Assembly (NCBI GenBank): GCA_024638325.1
Contig: JAHEKM010000001.1
Span: 18,279-82,278 of the forward strand
From: Gemmatimonadota bacterium
GTDB taxonomy: Bacteria > Gemmatimonadota > Gemmatimonadetes > Longimicrobiales > Gaopeijiaceae
Length of the DNA stretch: 64,000 nt
Reading direction: 5' to 3'
In this document: positions 10,607 to 20,260 of the stretch, piece after piece
Position numbering within the stretch: the first letter of the stretch is position 1
Layout: each line of letters begins with the position of its first letter
Program-made: the position numbers and the translations under genes
Notes under the pieces: generated by a model
Told to the model about the DNA's origin: nothing
Databases searched by the model: none
What the model saw: only the letters and a program-made list of their open reading frames with translations

Positions 10607-10867
10607 CTAGCCCTTCGCCTCGACGTAGCCCTTCTCGACCAGGAGCTCGCGGAGGCGGCCCTCCCGGTTCTGAAGAGTGGTCTTGGAGATCTCCCGGGCG
10701 AACTCGATTCGGTGCACCTCGGAGACCTTGTCGAGGACGGCGATAGGCGCACCGTACCTCAGGAGGATGCGCTTGGCGTCGATGGCAACGGAATCGGACA
10801 CGATGTGGCTCGGAATCGCGGCTGTGGGCCGGGGAACGGTCGGGAAAAAGGCGGCAAACGATAACAA
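10607..10867 (-). CDS. small hypothetical protein, start uncertain
   Basis: High GC3 in the C-terminal 64 codons. The ORF-track start is a TTG; a GTG at 10801 would give 64 aa. No motif recognised. Confidence 0.4.
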   Translation of the reverse strand: MLSFAAFFPTVPRPTAAIPSHIVSDSVAIDAKRILLRYGAPIAVLDKVSEVHRIEFAREISKTTLQNREGRLRELLVEKGYVEAKG

Positions 10868-10928
10868 GAGCCGCCCAGGGGGATCCAGGGGGTGCGGCGC
10901 GGCAGGACCTCTGGGGCGGGCCGGACCG

Positions 10929-11366
10929 CTAGTGAAGCGTACCCGGACGCTCCTCGTTGTCCAAGCCCTCTCTGGCCGGCCCCGGAAGCACGAGGGGCCC
11001 GTTCAGGTGGAACCGGGGGACCTCCACCTTGAACTGGTGGCCGTCAGGGCGCGCGAAGGTGTAGTACCCCTCCATGTACCCCGCCGGCGACTGGAGAACG
11101 CAGTAGCTCCGGTACTCGTGGGACTCGCCGGGAGCCAGGAACGGCTGCTCCCCCACGACTCCCTCCCCGTCCACCATCTCGTCGCCCCGGGCGAAGTCGT
11201 GAATCAGCCAGTGTCGGAAGAGCAGCTGCGCCGCCTCCGCGCCCTCGTTGGACATGTTCACGCGATACGAGAACACGAACGTCCCCTCTGACGGAGCGGA
11301 ATCCGCCAGAGAGTACTTCGGCTGCACCCAGATTCGGATGCCCTCGGTCGCTTTCTCGTATCTCAT
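10929..11366 (-). CDS. apaG: ApaG (DUF525) protein
   Basis: FVFSYRVNMSNEG...LLFRHWLIHD...GEGVVGEQPFLAPGESHEY..SYC...GYMEGYY matches the ApaG consensus. Confidence 0.85.
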   Translation of the reverse strand: MRYEKATEGIRIWVQPKYSLADSAPSEGTFVFSYRVNMSNEGAEAAQLLFRHWLIHDFARGDEMVDGEGVVGEQPFLAPGESHEYRSYCVLQSPAGYMEGYYTFARPDGHQFKVEVPRFHLNGPLVLPGPAREGLDNEERPGTLH

Positions 11367-11504
11367 GGCTCGTGATACACGGCACGTTCCCCAAAGTCAC
11401 AGGCGCGGGAGTGGGCGTGACCCGAGACGCCTCTTCCGCACCCTTGAAACGACGAGGCGCGGTGGCGCGTGACGCAGAAGGGGCGGGAAGGGCTCCCGCC
11501 CGGC

Positions 11505-11984
11505 TCAGCTGGCGTCGAAGACGATGGTGTGGGTGTTCCCGATGCTCCACACGATCGTGCCGCCGAGCACTTCGACGATCGCGTTGTTCAGCGGCGCGTC
11601 GGGTACCGTGATCGACATGCCGACCATGCGGCTCACGTTCGGGTTTCCGGGCAAGCCCGAGGGAAGCGTCTGGTTCTCGAAGTCCAGCTCGTACCCGTCG
11701 CCCTGGAAGGAGAAGCCGTCGACGATGAAGGACGTCAGTTCGGGCGGTACGACACCGCTCCCGACCTCGGCCGGCCACGCGCTCTGATCCGCGTTGTAGT
11801 CGAGCGTCGCCTGCCGGACCACCTGGATGTCCCCGAACACCGCCGTCGCGCGCGCCCGGAAGGTGACGTTCCGCATGTTCGGGATGGCGAGGCCCGCCAG
11901 GATGCCGACGATCGAGACCGCCACGAGGAGCTCGACCAGAGAGAAGCCCCCCCGCTTCGTGTCCATCCGCTGCATGTCTCTCAT
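11505..11984 (-). CDS. type IV pilin / pseudopilin-like protein with a prepilin N-terminal methylation motif
   Basis: KRGGFSLVELLVAVSIVGILAGLAIP is a class-III signal (G|FSLVE). The ATG at 11984 overlaps the upstream gene stop in an ATGA arrangement. Confidence 0.75.
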   Translation of the reverse strand: MRDMQRMDTKRGGFSLVELLVAVSIVGILAGLAIPNMRNVTFRARATAVFGDIQVVRQATLDYNADQSAWPAEVGSGVVPPELTSFIVDGFSFQGDGYELDFENQTLPSGLPGNPNVSRMVGMSITVPDAPLNNAIVEVLGGTIVWSIGNTHTIVFDAS

Positions 11985-12502
11985 CCTCCGATCCTTGCGG
12001 ACAATCCAGCCGCGTTGGACGCGCCCCACTCAGCGAGGCTCTGCTGGGCGGAGTTGAACGAAACGGGCTCCCCACCGACATCGGCGTACAGCACGTAACT
12101 GGTACCCTGAGGGGTGTAGTCGAGTCCCAGGTCGGGATTGATCCCCGCCTCGACCAGGTCCCGGGGCAGCCGGCCGTTGTCGATCCGGAACTGCTCGATT
12201 CTCTGGGCTTGCATGTAGATCCCGAAGCGGGTGTTCTCGACCTGTTGCTCGATCGGCGGGGGCGCGATCTGGTTGAGCACGATCCAATCGGGTGACCAGA
12301 TCAGTAGATATGCAGCGAAGACGCCAAGGTTGATTCCCAGCGGAAGAAGCCACTTGGGCTGCTTCTTGGGACCCACCTTCTTCTTGGCCGCCGTATCACG
12401 CTCCTGGGCGTGCTTGATGACGGCCGCGACCGCCTCGGCGGCCTCCTGGCCGCTCGGTGCGTCCTTCGCGTGAAATGGCTTGACTTCGTTGTTTTCGCTC
12501 AT
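11981..12502 (-). CDS. single-pass membrane protein, hypothetical, translationally coupled to the pilin
   Basis: 173 aa with one TM (WLLPLGINLGVFAAYLLIW) and high GC3. Its stop overlaps the pilin start. Confidence 0.55.
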   Translation of the reverse strand: MSENNEVKPFHAKDAPSGQEAAEAVAAVIKHAQERDTAAKKKVGPKKQPKWLLPLGINLGVFAAYLLIWSPDWIVLNQIAPPPIEQQVENTRFGIYMQAQRIEQFRIDNGRLPRDLVEAGINPDLGLDYTPQGTSYVLYADVGGEPVSFNSAQQSLAEWGASNAAGLSARIGG

Positions 12503-12612
12503 GCCTTCGAAGGGTTGGACACCCTCTCGGGCGCCGACCGAAGGCGCCGACAGCGTACGGCTCGGCGCTTTGGCGACAAGCCGTCATGGTAATGACGTCT
12601 CAACAGGGAAGA

Positions 12613-12625
12613 TAGGGTTACCCGA
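12613..12625. promoter_or_regulatory. imperfect palindrome TAGGGTTACCCGA, a weak DtxR/MntR-operator-like candidate
   Basis: GGGT-T-ACCC inverted repeat located 45 nt upstream of the DtxR-family gene, in a divergent intergenic region. It only loosely resembles the TTAGGTTAGCCTAACCTAA consensus. Confidence 0.15.
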
Positions 12626-12669
12626 CGGAAACGGTCGACGTCAACCTCGGCCCACGGTAGCTTCGGGCC

Positions 12670-13350
12670 ATGAGCGCCGGCTCCCTCTCCCGGTCCGTCG
12701 AGGACTACCTCAAGGCCATCTATGCGCTGTGTGAATCGGGCGACCCTGCTTCGACCAGCGCGATTGCGGTAACGCTGGAGATCCAGCCTGCGTCCGTGAC
12801 GGGGATGGTGAAGCGTTTGGCCGAGTCCGGGCTCCTCGAGCACGTGCCCTACAGGGGAGTCAGGCTCACGAGGCGAGGAGAGCGTGAGGCTCTGCGCGTG
12901 GTGCGCCGGCACCGCATCTTGGAGACCTACCTTTGCGAGCGCCTGGACTACTCGTGGGACGACGTGCACGGGGAGGCCGAACGCCTCGAACACGCGGCTT
13001 CGGACGCGCTCATCGAGAAGATGGCCGCGGCGCTGGAGTTTCCGCGGCACGACCCTCACGGTGCGCCGATTCCGACTCGGGGCGGCGACATCGAGTCCAC
13101 GGACCCCGCGACCTTGGCCGATGCGCAACCGGGAGATCGCCTGCGCATACGAGCGGTCAAGGACGAGCACTCTGCGGACCTGCGCTCGATGGCCGCCGAG
13201 GGCCTCGTGCCCGGTGCCAGGGTGTTGGTGACCGAGAGCCAACCGGTCGAGGGCGCGGTCGAGATCAGCCTTTCCGGAGAGGACGACGAGTCCCGTTCAG
13301 TCCAGGACGACCTCGCCCGTCAGATTTACGTGGTGCCGGACGAGCGTTGA
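12670..13350 (+). CDS. DtxR/IdeR/MntR-family metal-dependent transcriptional regulator with a C-terminal FeoA/SH3-like domain
   Basis: SVEDYLKAIYAL...ASVTGMVKRLAESGLL...RGVRLTRRGE...RRHRILETYL...HGEAERLEH...PHGAPIP matches the family. Confidence 0.9.
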   Translation: MSAGSLSRSVEDYLKAIYALCESGDPASTSAIAVTLEIQPASVTGMVKRLAESGLLEHVPYRGVRLTRRGEREALRVVRRHRILETYLCERLDYSWDDVHGEAERLEHAASDALIEKMAAALEFPRHDPHGAPIPTRGGDIESTDPATLADAQPGDRLRIRAVKDEHSADLRSMAAEGLVPGARVLVTESQPVEGAVEISLSGEDDESRSVQDDLARQIYVVPDER

Positions 13351-13359
13351 CCGGAGGTC

Positions 13360-14283
13360 TCATGGCCCGACGCACGGTGGTGCGACGGACGGGTCGGACG
13401 TGCTGTATACGGTGAAGCTGCGAGTCACCGCAGAGCCGAAGACCCCGGCCCCGTCACCAATCAGGCTTCCCACGCGCACCGCGCCGGACGGATTGAAGTT
13501 CCCGCCCCTGACCCAGTTCGTGTAGTTCCGGTCCACCGCGGTAATCGCCACCTCGGCCTCCGCGTCCTCCGGCAGGCCCCGCTGCAACCGCACTGCGAGG
13601 TCCTGGGCGAGATCGAACCGGTCGAAGATGCCGAGCTCGTTGGGAAACGACACCGTGGTATCCGACTCTGAGATCGAAAGCCCCAACAGATCGACCGTAT
13701 CGGGTGCCTCGATCCCTTCCGAAGCGAGGGCGGCGGGAAGCCCCAGGATGATCGCCTCACTCAGGTACGCCCAGGCGCTGTCGGAGCGCGTCCAAACCAG
13801 CGGCAACCTGGTGTTCGGCGGCAGTCTACATGCGATCGAGATGCCGTCGACATCGAACTGACCGGGGATTCGGGTCTCACCCGAGAGGCTGCGCCCGTCG
13901 GCGAGCACGATCTCCAGCGTCAGGCGCTCGCCTCCCTCGTACCCGCGCGCCGTGATCGCGTCCGCGGCGAAGCACGAGCCGGTGCTGCCCTCCGGACGCA
14001 CCGCCGCGCAGGCGTCGATCGCGGTCAGGCCCATGCTGGCCGCGACGCCGGCGCCATCCGTCACGGTCACCAGTGCATCGTCGTACGTCTGTGTGCTCGG
14101 GGCGGAACCCGGCGCAGTGCCGTGAATGAAGGCGCGCAATCGATTCTCGGGTGGGGTCTCGCCCACCGTCACGTAGACCTCCGCCACGAAGACCTCGGCG
14201 AAGTCGACGAGCTGGACCTCTGTGAGGTCGCAGGCGACCGCGCTGAGGAGTAGGAGGCCCAGGGGCCACACGTGCCTCGGCAT
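13360..14283 (-). CDS. DUF4249-like lipoprotein, partner of the upstream TonB-dependent receptor
   Basis: Lipobox LLLLSAVAC. Its start overlaps the receptor stop (TGATG). The receptor-then-DUF4249 gene order is a known pairing (from memory). Confidence 0.55.
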   Translation of the reverse strand: MPRHVWPLGLLLLSAVACDLTEVQLVDFAEVFVAEVYVTVGETPPENRLRAFIHGTAPGSAPSTQTYDDALVTVTDGAGVAASMGLTAIDACAAVRPEGSTGSCFAADAITARGYEGGERLTLEIVLADGRSLSGETRIPGQFDVDGISIACRLPPNTRLPLVWTRSDSAWAYLSEAIILGLPAALASEGIEAPDTVDLLGLSISESDTTVSFPNELGIFDRFDLAQDLAVRLQRGLPEDAEAEVAITAVDRNYTNWVRGGNFNPSGAVRVGSLIGDGAGVFGSAVTRSFTVYSTSDPSVAPPCVGP

Positions 14284-16652
14284 CAGAAGGTCACCTCGAG
14301 CCCCACCGTGGGCAGGAAAGGGAACATCGACACGCCGGTGCGTATGGGCGGCGTCGAGTCATACTCGTAGAAGTAGAAGAGCGGATTGCGTTGGTTGTAG
14401 ACGTTCAGGAGACTGATGTAGGGGGTGATGGTCCCCCAACCCTTCACCGACGTCCGCCGCAGGCTGAGATCGAGCCGGTGGTAGATGGGATAGCGCGCCG
14501 CGTTCCGGTCCCCCAACAGCACCGCGTACGAGCTTGGGCCGCTGTCGTCGTCCCCGGCCCACTCCATCGCTTCGCTTCCCACGAAACGGGGCGAGTAGTA
14601 CGCAAAGGACCCGGTCGCCCGCGTGTAGGGGATGCCCGTGCCGAAATTCCAGCGCAGGCCGGCATCCCATCCCCAGATGAACGGGAACTGGAGCACGATG
14701 TCGAGATCGGCGCGCCGATCGAAGATCGGCGGGTACGTAACCTCTGGACGGCCCGGAACGAGCGGATCGGGGAAGGTGCGCTCGGTCTTGAGCAAGGAAA
14801 GCGCCGCCCACCCCGTGAGGGTCCCCGTGTCCTTCCGCAGCAGGAAGTCCATCCCGTACGAGAGGCCGTCACCCCGGAGCAGATCGTCCTGCGGATCGTT
14901 GGTGTCCTCGGCCGCGTTGATCGTCACGACGCCGTCGAACGTCCGGACGTAGCCCTCGACCGACCAGAACCAGTCGATGTCACGGAAGCCCTCGATGCCG
15001 AGCTGGAGCTGATCCGAGATCACATGGGGAGCCTGGTCGCCCGCGAGCACCCAGATGTCGAGACCGAGCGGTAGCTCCTCGTCCCTGATGGAGTGCATGA
15101 ACTGCGTGTATCTGCCCGCCGCCAGCTTGATGGCGACGTCGCCATCGGCGAAGAAGCGCTTCACCGCGAGGCGAGGCGAAACCTCAGCGACCGCGTCCCC
15201 CGGCTCTGGCGTCCAGCCATCGAAGCGCACGCCGGCCTCCACCAGCCACGCGTCGGGCCGCGACCAGCGCGTCTGAGCGTACAGACCCCAGAGGTTGCCC
15301 GTCCCGTTTCCGTTACCGAACTCGGTGCCACCGGTCGCAAAACGGTTTCGGTACGACAAGCGTTCGAAGCTGGCGCCCAACTGCACCGACAGCTGAGCGA
15401 GGGGCCGGGTGTCGAGATCTGCGCGGAGCTGCCCCTGCTGAATGCGGCTGGTGAACTCCGTGTCATCGAAGTCGGGAAACGAGAGGCCGGTGCCGTAGCG
15501 ACTGAAGTTGGCGCGCAGGTCGAGCGAGCCTCCGCCCGGTCGGGGCCGCGTCCAACGGAGGCCCACCAGGTCGTTTCCCCAATCCCAGTCGAGCCGGAGA
15601 GGGAAGTCCTCGTCGTTCACATTCGATAGCGCCAGCACGTCCCGCCCGGAGTACGCCGTGAGCGAGATGCGGTCTCCCGATGGGCTCCACCCTTCCACCA
15701 ACGTCTGGAAGTCCGTGAGGTGGTAGGGGAAGTCGAACCAAGGCTTGGCGACCACGTCGAAGTAGGAGCGCCGCGCCGAAAAGCGGTACCGTATGCTCGA
15801 CTGCCCCAGGGCCCGGGACAGTCCTCCCGGTAGGAGCCCACCAGCGGTGGCTCGACTGGCGAGCAGGGAGACCCCCCCGTCTACGCCGAACGGACGATCG
15901 CCGGCACTGGATTCGACCTCGAGGACCGACGACACCCTGCCGCCGTGCTCTGCCGCGAAGCCACCCGACTGGAGCTCTACGCGGTCGATCATGTCGACGT
16001 TGAAGACCGAGAAGAGCCCACCCAGGTGGAACGGGCTGAACACGGGCACCCCGTCCAACAGGATGAGATTCTGATCCTGCGAGCCGCCGCGCACGTGAAA
16101 CGAGGCCGAGAAGTCGGACGTGGACACGACACCGGGGAGTACCTCGACGGCGCGGATCGGGTCGGCTTCGGCGACGCCCGGCACCGCTCGCAGCTCGTTC
16201 GCGTCGAGCTCGCGCACCGTGGCGCCACCGACCTCCTGGAAGCGGATGCGCTCGCGGCTGGCCGCCGCGCTCACCGAGATGCCCTGGAGCTCCACGGCGG
16301 CGCGCGCCACGGTGACGTCCATGTCCAACGCGCCCTCTGCCGGCACGACCACGGTTTCCGTGTACTCCCCGTACCCGATCCCGATCACACGAAAGACGTA
16401 CGACCCGGCGGCCACCGGCTGGAGCCGAAAGGACCCCAGACGGTCGGTGTTCGCCCCGGTCACCAGAGCCGAGTCCCGCTCCAGCGTGACGATGACGCCC
16501 ACGACGGCGGCACCTTCGTCGTCATGGACGCGCCCCTGTACGGTCCCCTGCTGCGCCTGGAGAGGAGATGCCGCCAAGACCGCGAGCAGCAGCCCGCACG
16601 GGGGCATGGCCACCCTGCACGTCGGGCGGCTTCGGCCGAAATGTCGCTTCAA
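14283..16652 (-). CDS. TonB-dependent receptor with an N-terminal carboxypeptidase-regulatory-like domain
   Basis: Signal peptide followed by GTVQGRVHDDEGAAVVGVIVTL (CarboxypepD_reg). Plug motifs are present (VEVLPGVVS, FHVRGG, LILLDGVPV), and the beta-barrel ends in ...GLEVTF. Confidence 0.9.
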   Translation of the reverse strand: MKRHFGRSRPTCRVAMPPCGLLLAVLAASPLQAQQGTVQGRVHDDEGAAVVGVIVTLERDSALVTGANTDRLGSFRLQPVAAGSYVFRVIGIGYGEYTETVVVPAEGALDMDVTVARAAVELQGISVSAAASRERIRFQEVGGATVRELDANELRAVPGVAEADPIRAVEVLPGVVSTSDFSASFHVRGGSQDQNLILLDGVPVFSPFHLGGLFSVFNVDMIDRVELQSGGFAAEHGGRVSSVLEVESSAGDRPFGVDGGVSLLASRATAGGLLPGGLSRALGQSSIRYRFSARRSYFDVVAKPWFDFPYHLTDFQTLVEGWSPSGDRISLTAYSGRDVLALSNVNDEDFPLRLDWDWGNDLVGLRWTRPRPGGGSLDLRANFSRYGTGLSFPDFDDTEFTSRIQQGQLRADLDTRPLAQLSVQLGASFERLSYRNRFATGGTEFGNGNGTGNLWGLYAQTRWSRPDAWLVEAGVRFDGWTPEPGDAVAEVSPRLAVKRFFADGDVAIKLAAGRYTQFMHSIRDEELPLGLDIWVLAGDQAPHVISDQLQLGIEGFRDIDWFWSVEGYVRTFDGVVTINAAEDTNDPQDDLLRGDGLSYGMDFLLRKDTGTLTGWAALSLLKTERTFPDPLVPGRPEVTYPPIFDRRADLDIVLQFPFIWGWDAGLRWNFGTGIPYTRATGSFAYYSPRFVGSEAMEWAGDDDSGPSSYAVLLGDRNAARYPIYHRLDLSLRRTSVKGWGTITPYISLLNVYNQRNPLFYFYEYDSTPPIRTGVSMFPFLPTVGLEVTF

Positions 16653-16735
16653 CAGCCCGCCCTCCTCCGATCCGGGACGCTCACTCTACATCACCCGGTG
16701 CAAAACGTTCACACGGCTGCGCCGGCCCGGCTCGC

Positions 16736-19249
16736 TCAGTCGAACCAGCGCGTGAGCCGGTCGAGAGCGTCGAGTAGATCCGGCCTCAAGTCGAGCACCG
16801 GTCGGAGGGGGTCCTCGCCGAGGCGCTTCATCCTGCGAGGGACGCTCTCGATGGTGTGCTGCTCGATCCGGAGTCGTTTGGTCACTTCCTTCCACTCGAG
16901 TGGCGCCGAGACCGGAGCCGCCGACCGGGGGCGCACGGTGAACGGGGCCGCGAGAAGTCGGCCGTGGCCGTTCTGCACGAAGTCGATATAGACCTTCCCG
17001 TCACGCCGATCCGGGTTGCGCGTCAGCGTCGCGACGTCCGGCAGCTCCGCCACCGCGACGCGCGCGAGCAGTTGGCCGAGCGTACGGGACTGCTCGTAGG
17101 TGAGCTGCCGACCCAGAGGCACAAGGACGTGGATGCCCGAGGAGCCGCTGGTCTTGGCGAACGACGGCAAGCCGATCTCGTCGCAGATGTCGTGGAGCCC
17201 GCGCGCGATCTCTACCACGTCGGTGAACGGCGCGTCCTTCGGGTCCAGGTCCAGGATGCACCAGTCCGGGCTCGACAAGGTCTCGATTCGGCTCGACCAG
17301 ACATGGAGCGGAATCGTGCCCAGGTTGATGACGTAGAGCAGCGACTCGACGTCTTCGGCCACGAAGTACGAGAGCTCGCGCTCGGAGCCCTCGCTCCACA
17401 GCGTTACGCGCTTGAACCAGTCCGGCGCGTAGGGTGGCGCGTCCTTCTGGAAGAACGACTTTCCGTCGATGCCGTCAGGGTACCGCGTCATGACCAGAGG
17501 GCGGTCCTCGAGGTACGGCAGCATCCACTCGGAGATCTGCCGGTGGTACTCGATGAGATCTCCCTTCGTGTATCCCTCCTCGGGCCAGAAGACCTTGTCG
17601 AGGTTCGTGAACGGGACCGCCTTCTCCTCGACCACCTCGATGGGCTCCGGCTCGTCCGGTTCATCATCGGGCGTGGCCTCCAGAAGACACTCCTCCGGTG
17701 GCTTGTCGTCTCGGAAGCGTGAGAACGAAGGCTGCCGCAGCAGGCCGTGGTCCGTGAGCTCCTTGTACTTCACCTCGGCTACGAGCTCGGGCGAGGTCCA
17801 GTGGTGCCCCTTCCCTTTGGGAATCTCGCCGCCGGTACAGGGGCAGTCGTCGACCTCCATGGCCTCGAGCGCCTCCAGGACCTCGTCGAGCTGAGCATCC
17901 GTGAAGCCGCTGCCCACGCTCCCCAGGTAGACGAGGTCGTCTCCGTCGTGCTGCGCCACGTGCAGCGAGCCGAATCCTCCCCTCGAGCCCTTCGGCTCGG
18001 TCCAACCGACCACGACGAAGTCGCCCGTCTGGACCGTGCGGACCTTCACCCAGCCCTTCGAGCGCCCTCCGCGATAGGTCGAGTCCGCCTTCTTGCCGAC
18101 GATTCCTTCGAGCCGCATCCGCTGGACGTGCTCGTACATCAGTTCGCCCGTCTCGGCGAGGTGATCGGTGAAACGGATGGGCCCGACGGAGGGGAGCACC
18201 TCTCGCAGCACCTCCTTCCGCTCCAGGAGCGGCAGCTTGCGGAGGTCGTGACCCTCGAGTCCGAGGATGTCGAAAGCGTGATAGACGGCGGGCAGCTCCA
18301 CGCTACTGCGCAGCGCATCGTCCCGGTTGAGGATGCGCCCGCGCCGCTGAAGCCGGGAGAAGGATGGCTTGCCCTCCGCGTCGTTCACGACGACCTCCCC
18401 GTCGAGGATCAGCCCCTCGTACGGCAAGCCCCGCACCGCTCGGGCGATCTCCGGGAACGTCGCGGTCAGGTCGTGGCCCGCACGGGAACGCAGGTACGCC
18501 TCGCCGTCCGAGCGCTCCGCGAGCAAGCGATACCCGTCGAGCTTGAGCTCGAAGATCCATCCCTCGCGACTGAACGGCTTCTCGGCGGACGAAGCGAGCA
18601 TCAGGCTCACGTCCTTCGCCCGTAGCGTGCCCTTCTTTGCTCCCCGCTCCTCGAGGGACTCGGCCAACTCGTCCGCGAGCTCGTCGGCCCTCGGGAAGTC
18701 GTCGACGGTGAGGCCGGAGTAGATCGAGTCGTCCGGGTAGTCCTCCGTCGAGGACTCGGGATCCATATATGCGTCTCGCTCCTTGATGAGGAGCCATGAA
18801 CTCTCGGACTGCTTGGTCTTCACCAAGGTCCAGTTGCCGTGGAGCTTGTGGCCCCTCAGCTCGAACAGGAGCTTGCCCTTCTCCAGCCCCTCGTGGGCGT
18901 CTTCGATGGGCACCCAGGTCCCCCGGTCCCAGACGATCATGGCTCCGGCGCCGTACTCCCCCTCGGGAATCACGCCCTCGAACTCGGCGTACTCGAGGGG
19001 GTGATCCTCGGTCTGCATCGCGAGACGCTTGTCCGCCTGGTTGGGGGACGGACCCTTGGGCACGGCCCAGGAGAGCAGCACCCCGTCGAGCTCCAACCGC
19101 AGGTCCCAGTGGAGGCTACGCGCCGCGTGCTTCTGCACCACGAAGATGCTCCCCCCGGCGACCACCCGGCCTCCGAACGGCTCCGGCGTGCGCGACGCCT
19201 TCCGCTTCTCGCGGTAGGTAGCGAGACGTTCGTCGCGGGTGGGGGTCAT
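16736..19249 (-). CDS. ligD: multidomain ATP-dependent DNA ligase LigD (phosphoesterase-ligase-polymerase order)
   Basis: N-terminal PE domain (FVVQKHAARSLHWDLRLE...EDHPLEY). Ligase adenylation motif (FELKLDGYR). C-terminal primase/polymerase domain (...KTSGSSGIHVLVPL). Start trimmed to the ATG at 19249. Confidence 0.92.
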   Translation of the reverse strand: MTPTRDERLATYREKRKASRTPEPFGGRVVAGGSIFVVQKHAARSLHWDLRLELDGVLLSWAVPKGPSPNQADKRLAMQTEDHPLEYAEFEGVIPEGEYGAGAMIVWDRGTWVPIEDAHEGLEKGKLLFELRGHKLHGNWTLVKTKQSESSWLLIKERDAYMDPESSTEDYPDDSIYSGLTVDDFPRADELADELAESLEERGAKKGTLRAKDVSLMLASSAEKPFSREGWIFELKLDGYRLLAERSDGEAYLRSRAGHDLTATFPEIARAVRGLPYEGLILDGEVVVNDAEGKPSFSRLQRRGRILNRDDALRSSVELPAVYHAFDILGLEGHDLRKLPLLERKEVLREVLPSVGPIRFTDHLAETGELMYEHVQRMRLEGIVGKKADSTYRGGRSKGWVKVRTVQTGDFVVVGWTEPKGSRGGFGSLHVAQHDGDDLVYLGSVGSGFTDAQLDEVLEALEAMEVDDCPCTGGEIPKGKGHHWTSPELVAEVKYKELTDHGLLRQPSFSRFRDDKPPEECLLEATPDDEPDEPEPIEVVEEKAVPFTNLDKVFWPEEGYTKGDLIEYHRQISEWMLPYLEDRPLVMTRYPDGIDGKSFFQKDAPPYAPDWFKRVTLWSEGSERELSYFVAEDVESLLYVINLGTIPLHVWSSRIETLSSPDWCILDLDPKDAPFTDVVEIARGLHDICDEIGLPSFAKTSGSSGIHVLVPLGRQLTYEQSRTLGQLLARVAVAELPDVATLTRNPDRRDGKVYIDFVQNGHGRLLAAPFTVRPRSAAPVSAPLEWKEVTKRLRIEQHTIESVPRRMKRLGEDPLRPVLDLRPDLLDALDRLTRWFD

Positions 19250-19370
19250 GGGGCGGGCTGTGCCGGATGTGGGGCCATGAACAGAAGGTACAGACGGCCA
19301 GCGCATGTAGCAGGCGGCGTATCCCCCGCTACTTTCGCACGACAACCACAGTCACACGAGCAAACGAGCC

Positions 19371-20210
19371 ATGCCCAGACTCGAAGCAGGTGGCGCGCCC
19401 GGATCGCGCAGGGCCGCCACATACCGCATCATCTTCCACACGGACACGGGATGGGCGCGGACGTTCGACGTCGCGCTGATCGTAGCCATCATCACGAGCG
19501 TCGCGGTCGTCATGTTGGACTCGGTGGCCGCATTCCGCGCCGAGCACGGCGAGCCGCTGCGAGTGCTCGAGTGGGTGTTTACGGGGCTCTTCACGGTGGA
19601 GTACCTGCTGCGCCTCTGGAGCGTGCGATCGCCGAAGACCTACGCGCTCAGCTTCTTCGGCCTCATCGACCTGCTCTCGGTGATCCCGACCTACCTCAGC
19701 CTGCTCTTCCCCGGCGGTCAGTTCCTGGTGGTCATTCGGGTGCTGCGGGTCATGCGCGTCTTCCGCGTGCTGAAGCTTGCCCAATACGTCGGCGAAGCGA
19801 GCGTCCTCGGCAACGCCCTGCGCGCTGCCCGCTACAAGATCTCCGTATTCCTGGTCGCGGTCCTGACCATTGTCATCATCGTGGGTTCCATGATGTACCT
19901 CGTCGAGGGCGCGAACGCCGGCTTCACGAGCATCCCCATCGGGGTGTACTGGGCCATCGTGACGCTCACCACGGTCGGATACGGTGATATCGCACCGATC
20001 ACACCCATCGGGCAGGCGCTGGCCTCCTTCGTGATGATCCTCGGGTACGGCATCATCGCCGTGCCCACGGGCATCGTCACCTCGGAGCTGACCGCGCAGG
20101 CCCGAGTGGGCACGCCGAGCACGCCGACACGCTCGTGCATGTCGTGTGGAACCCATGAGACGGACCCCGGGGCGATCTACTGCCGTCGGTGCGGCGTGGC
20201 GCTGGCATGA
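19371..20210 (+). CDS. voltage-gated K+ channel (6TM, KvAP-like) with a C-terminal zinc-ribbon tail
   Basis: S4 arginine ladder VVIRVLRVMRVFRVLKL, selectivity filter TLTTVGYGD, and C-terminal CMSCG-x11-CRRCG. Confidence 0.88.
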   Translation: MPRLEAGGAPGSRRAATYRIIFHTDTGWARTFDVALIVAIITSVAVVMLDSVAAFRAEHGEPLRVLEWVFTGLFTVEYLLRLWSVRSPKTYALSFFGLIDLLSVIPTYLSLLFPGGQFLVVIRVLRVMRVFRVLKLAQYVGEASVLGNALRAARYKISVFLVAVLTIVIIVGSMMYLVEGANAGFTSIPIGVYWAIVTLTTVGYGDIAPITPIGQALASFVMILGYGIIAVPTGIVTSELTAQARVGTPSTPTRSCMSCGTHETDPGAIYCRRCGVALA

Positions 20211-20260
20211 CCGCGTCGTGCTTGCAACGCGCTCACGGGTGAACATACGTTTCCAGGACT

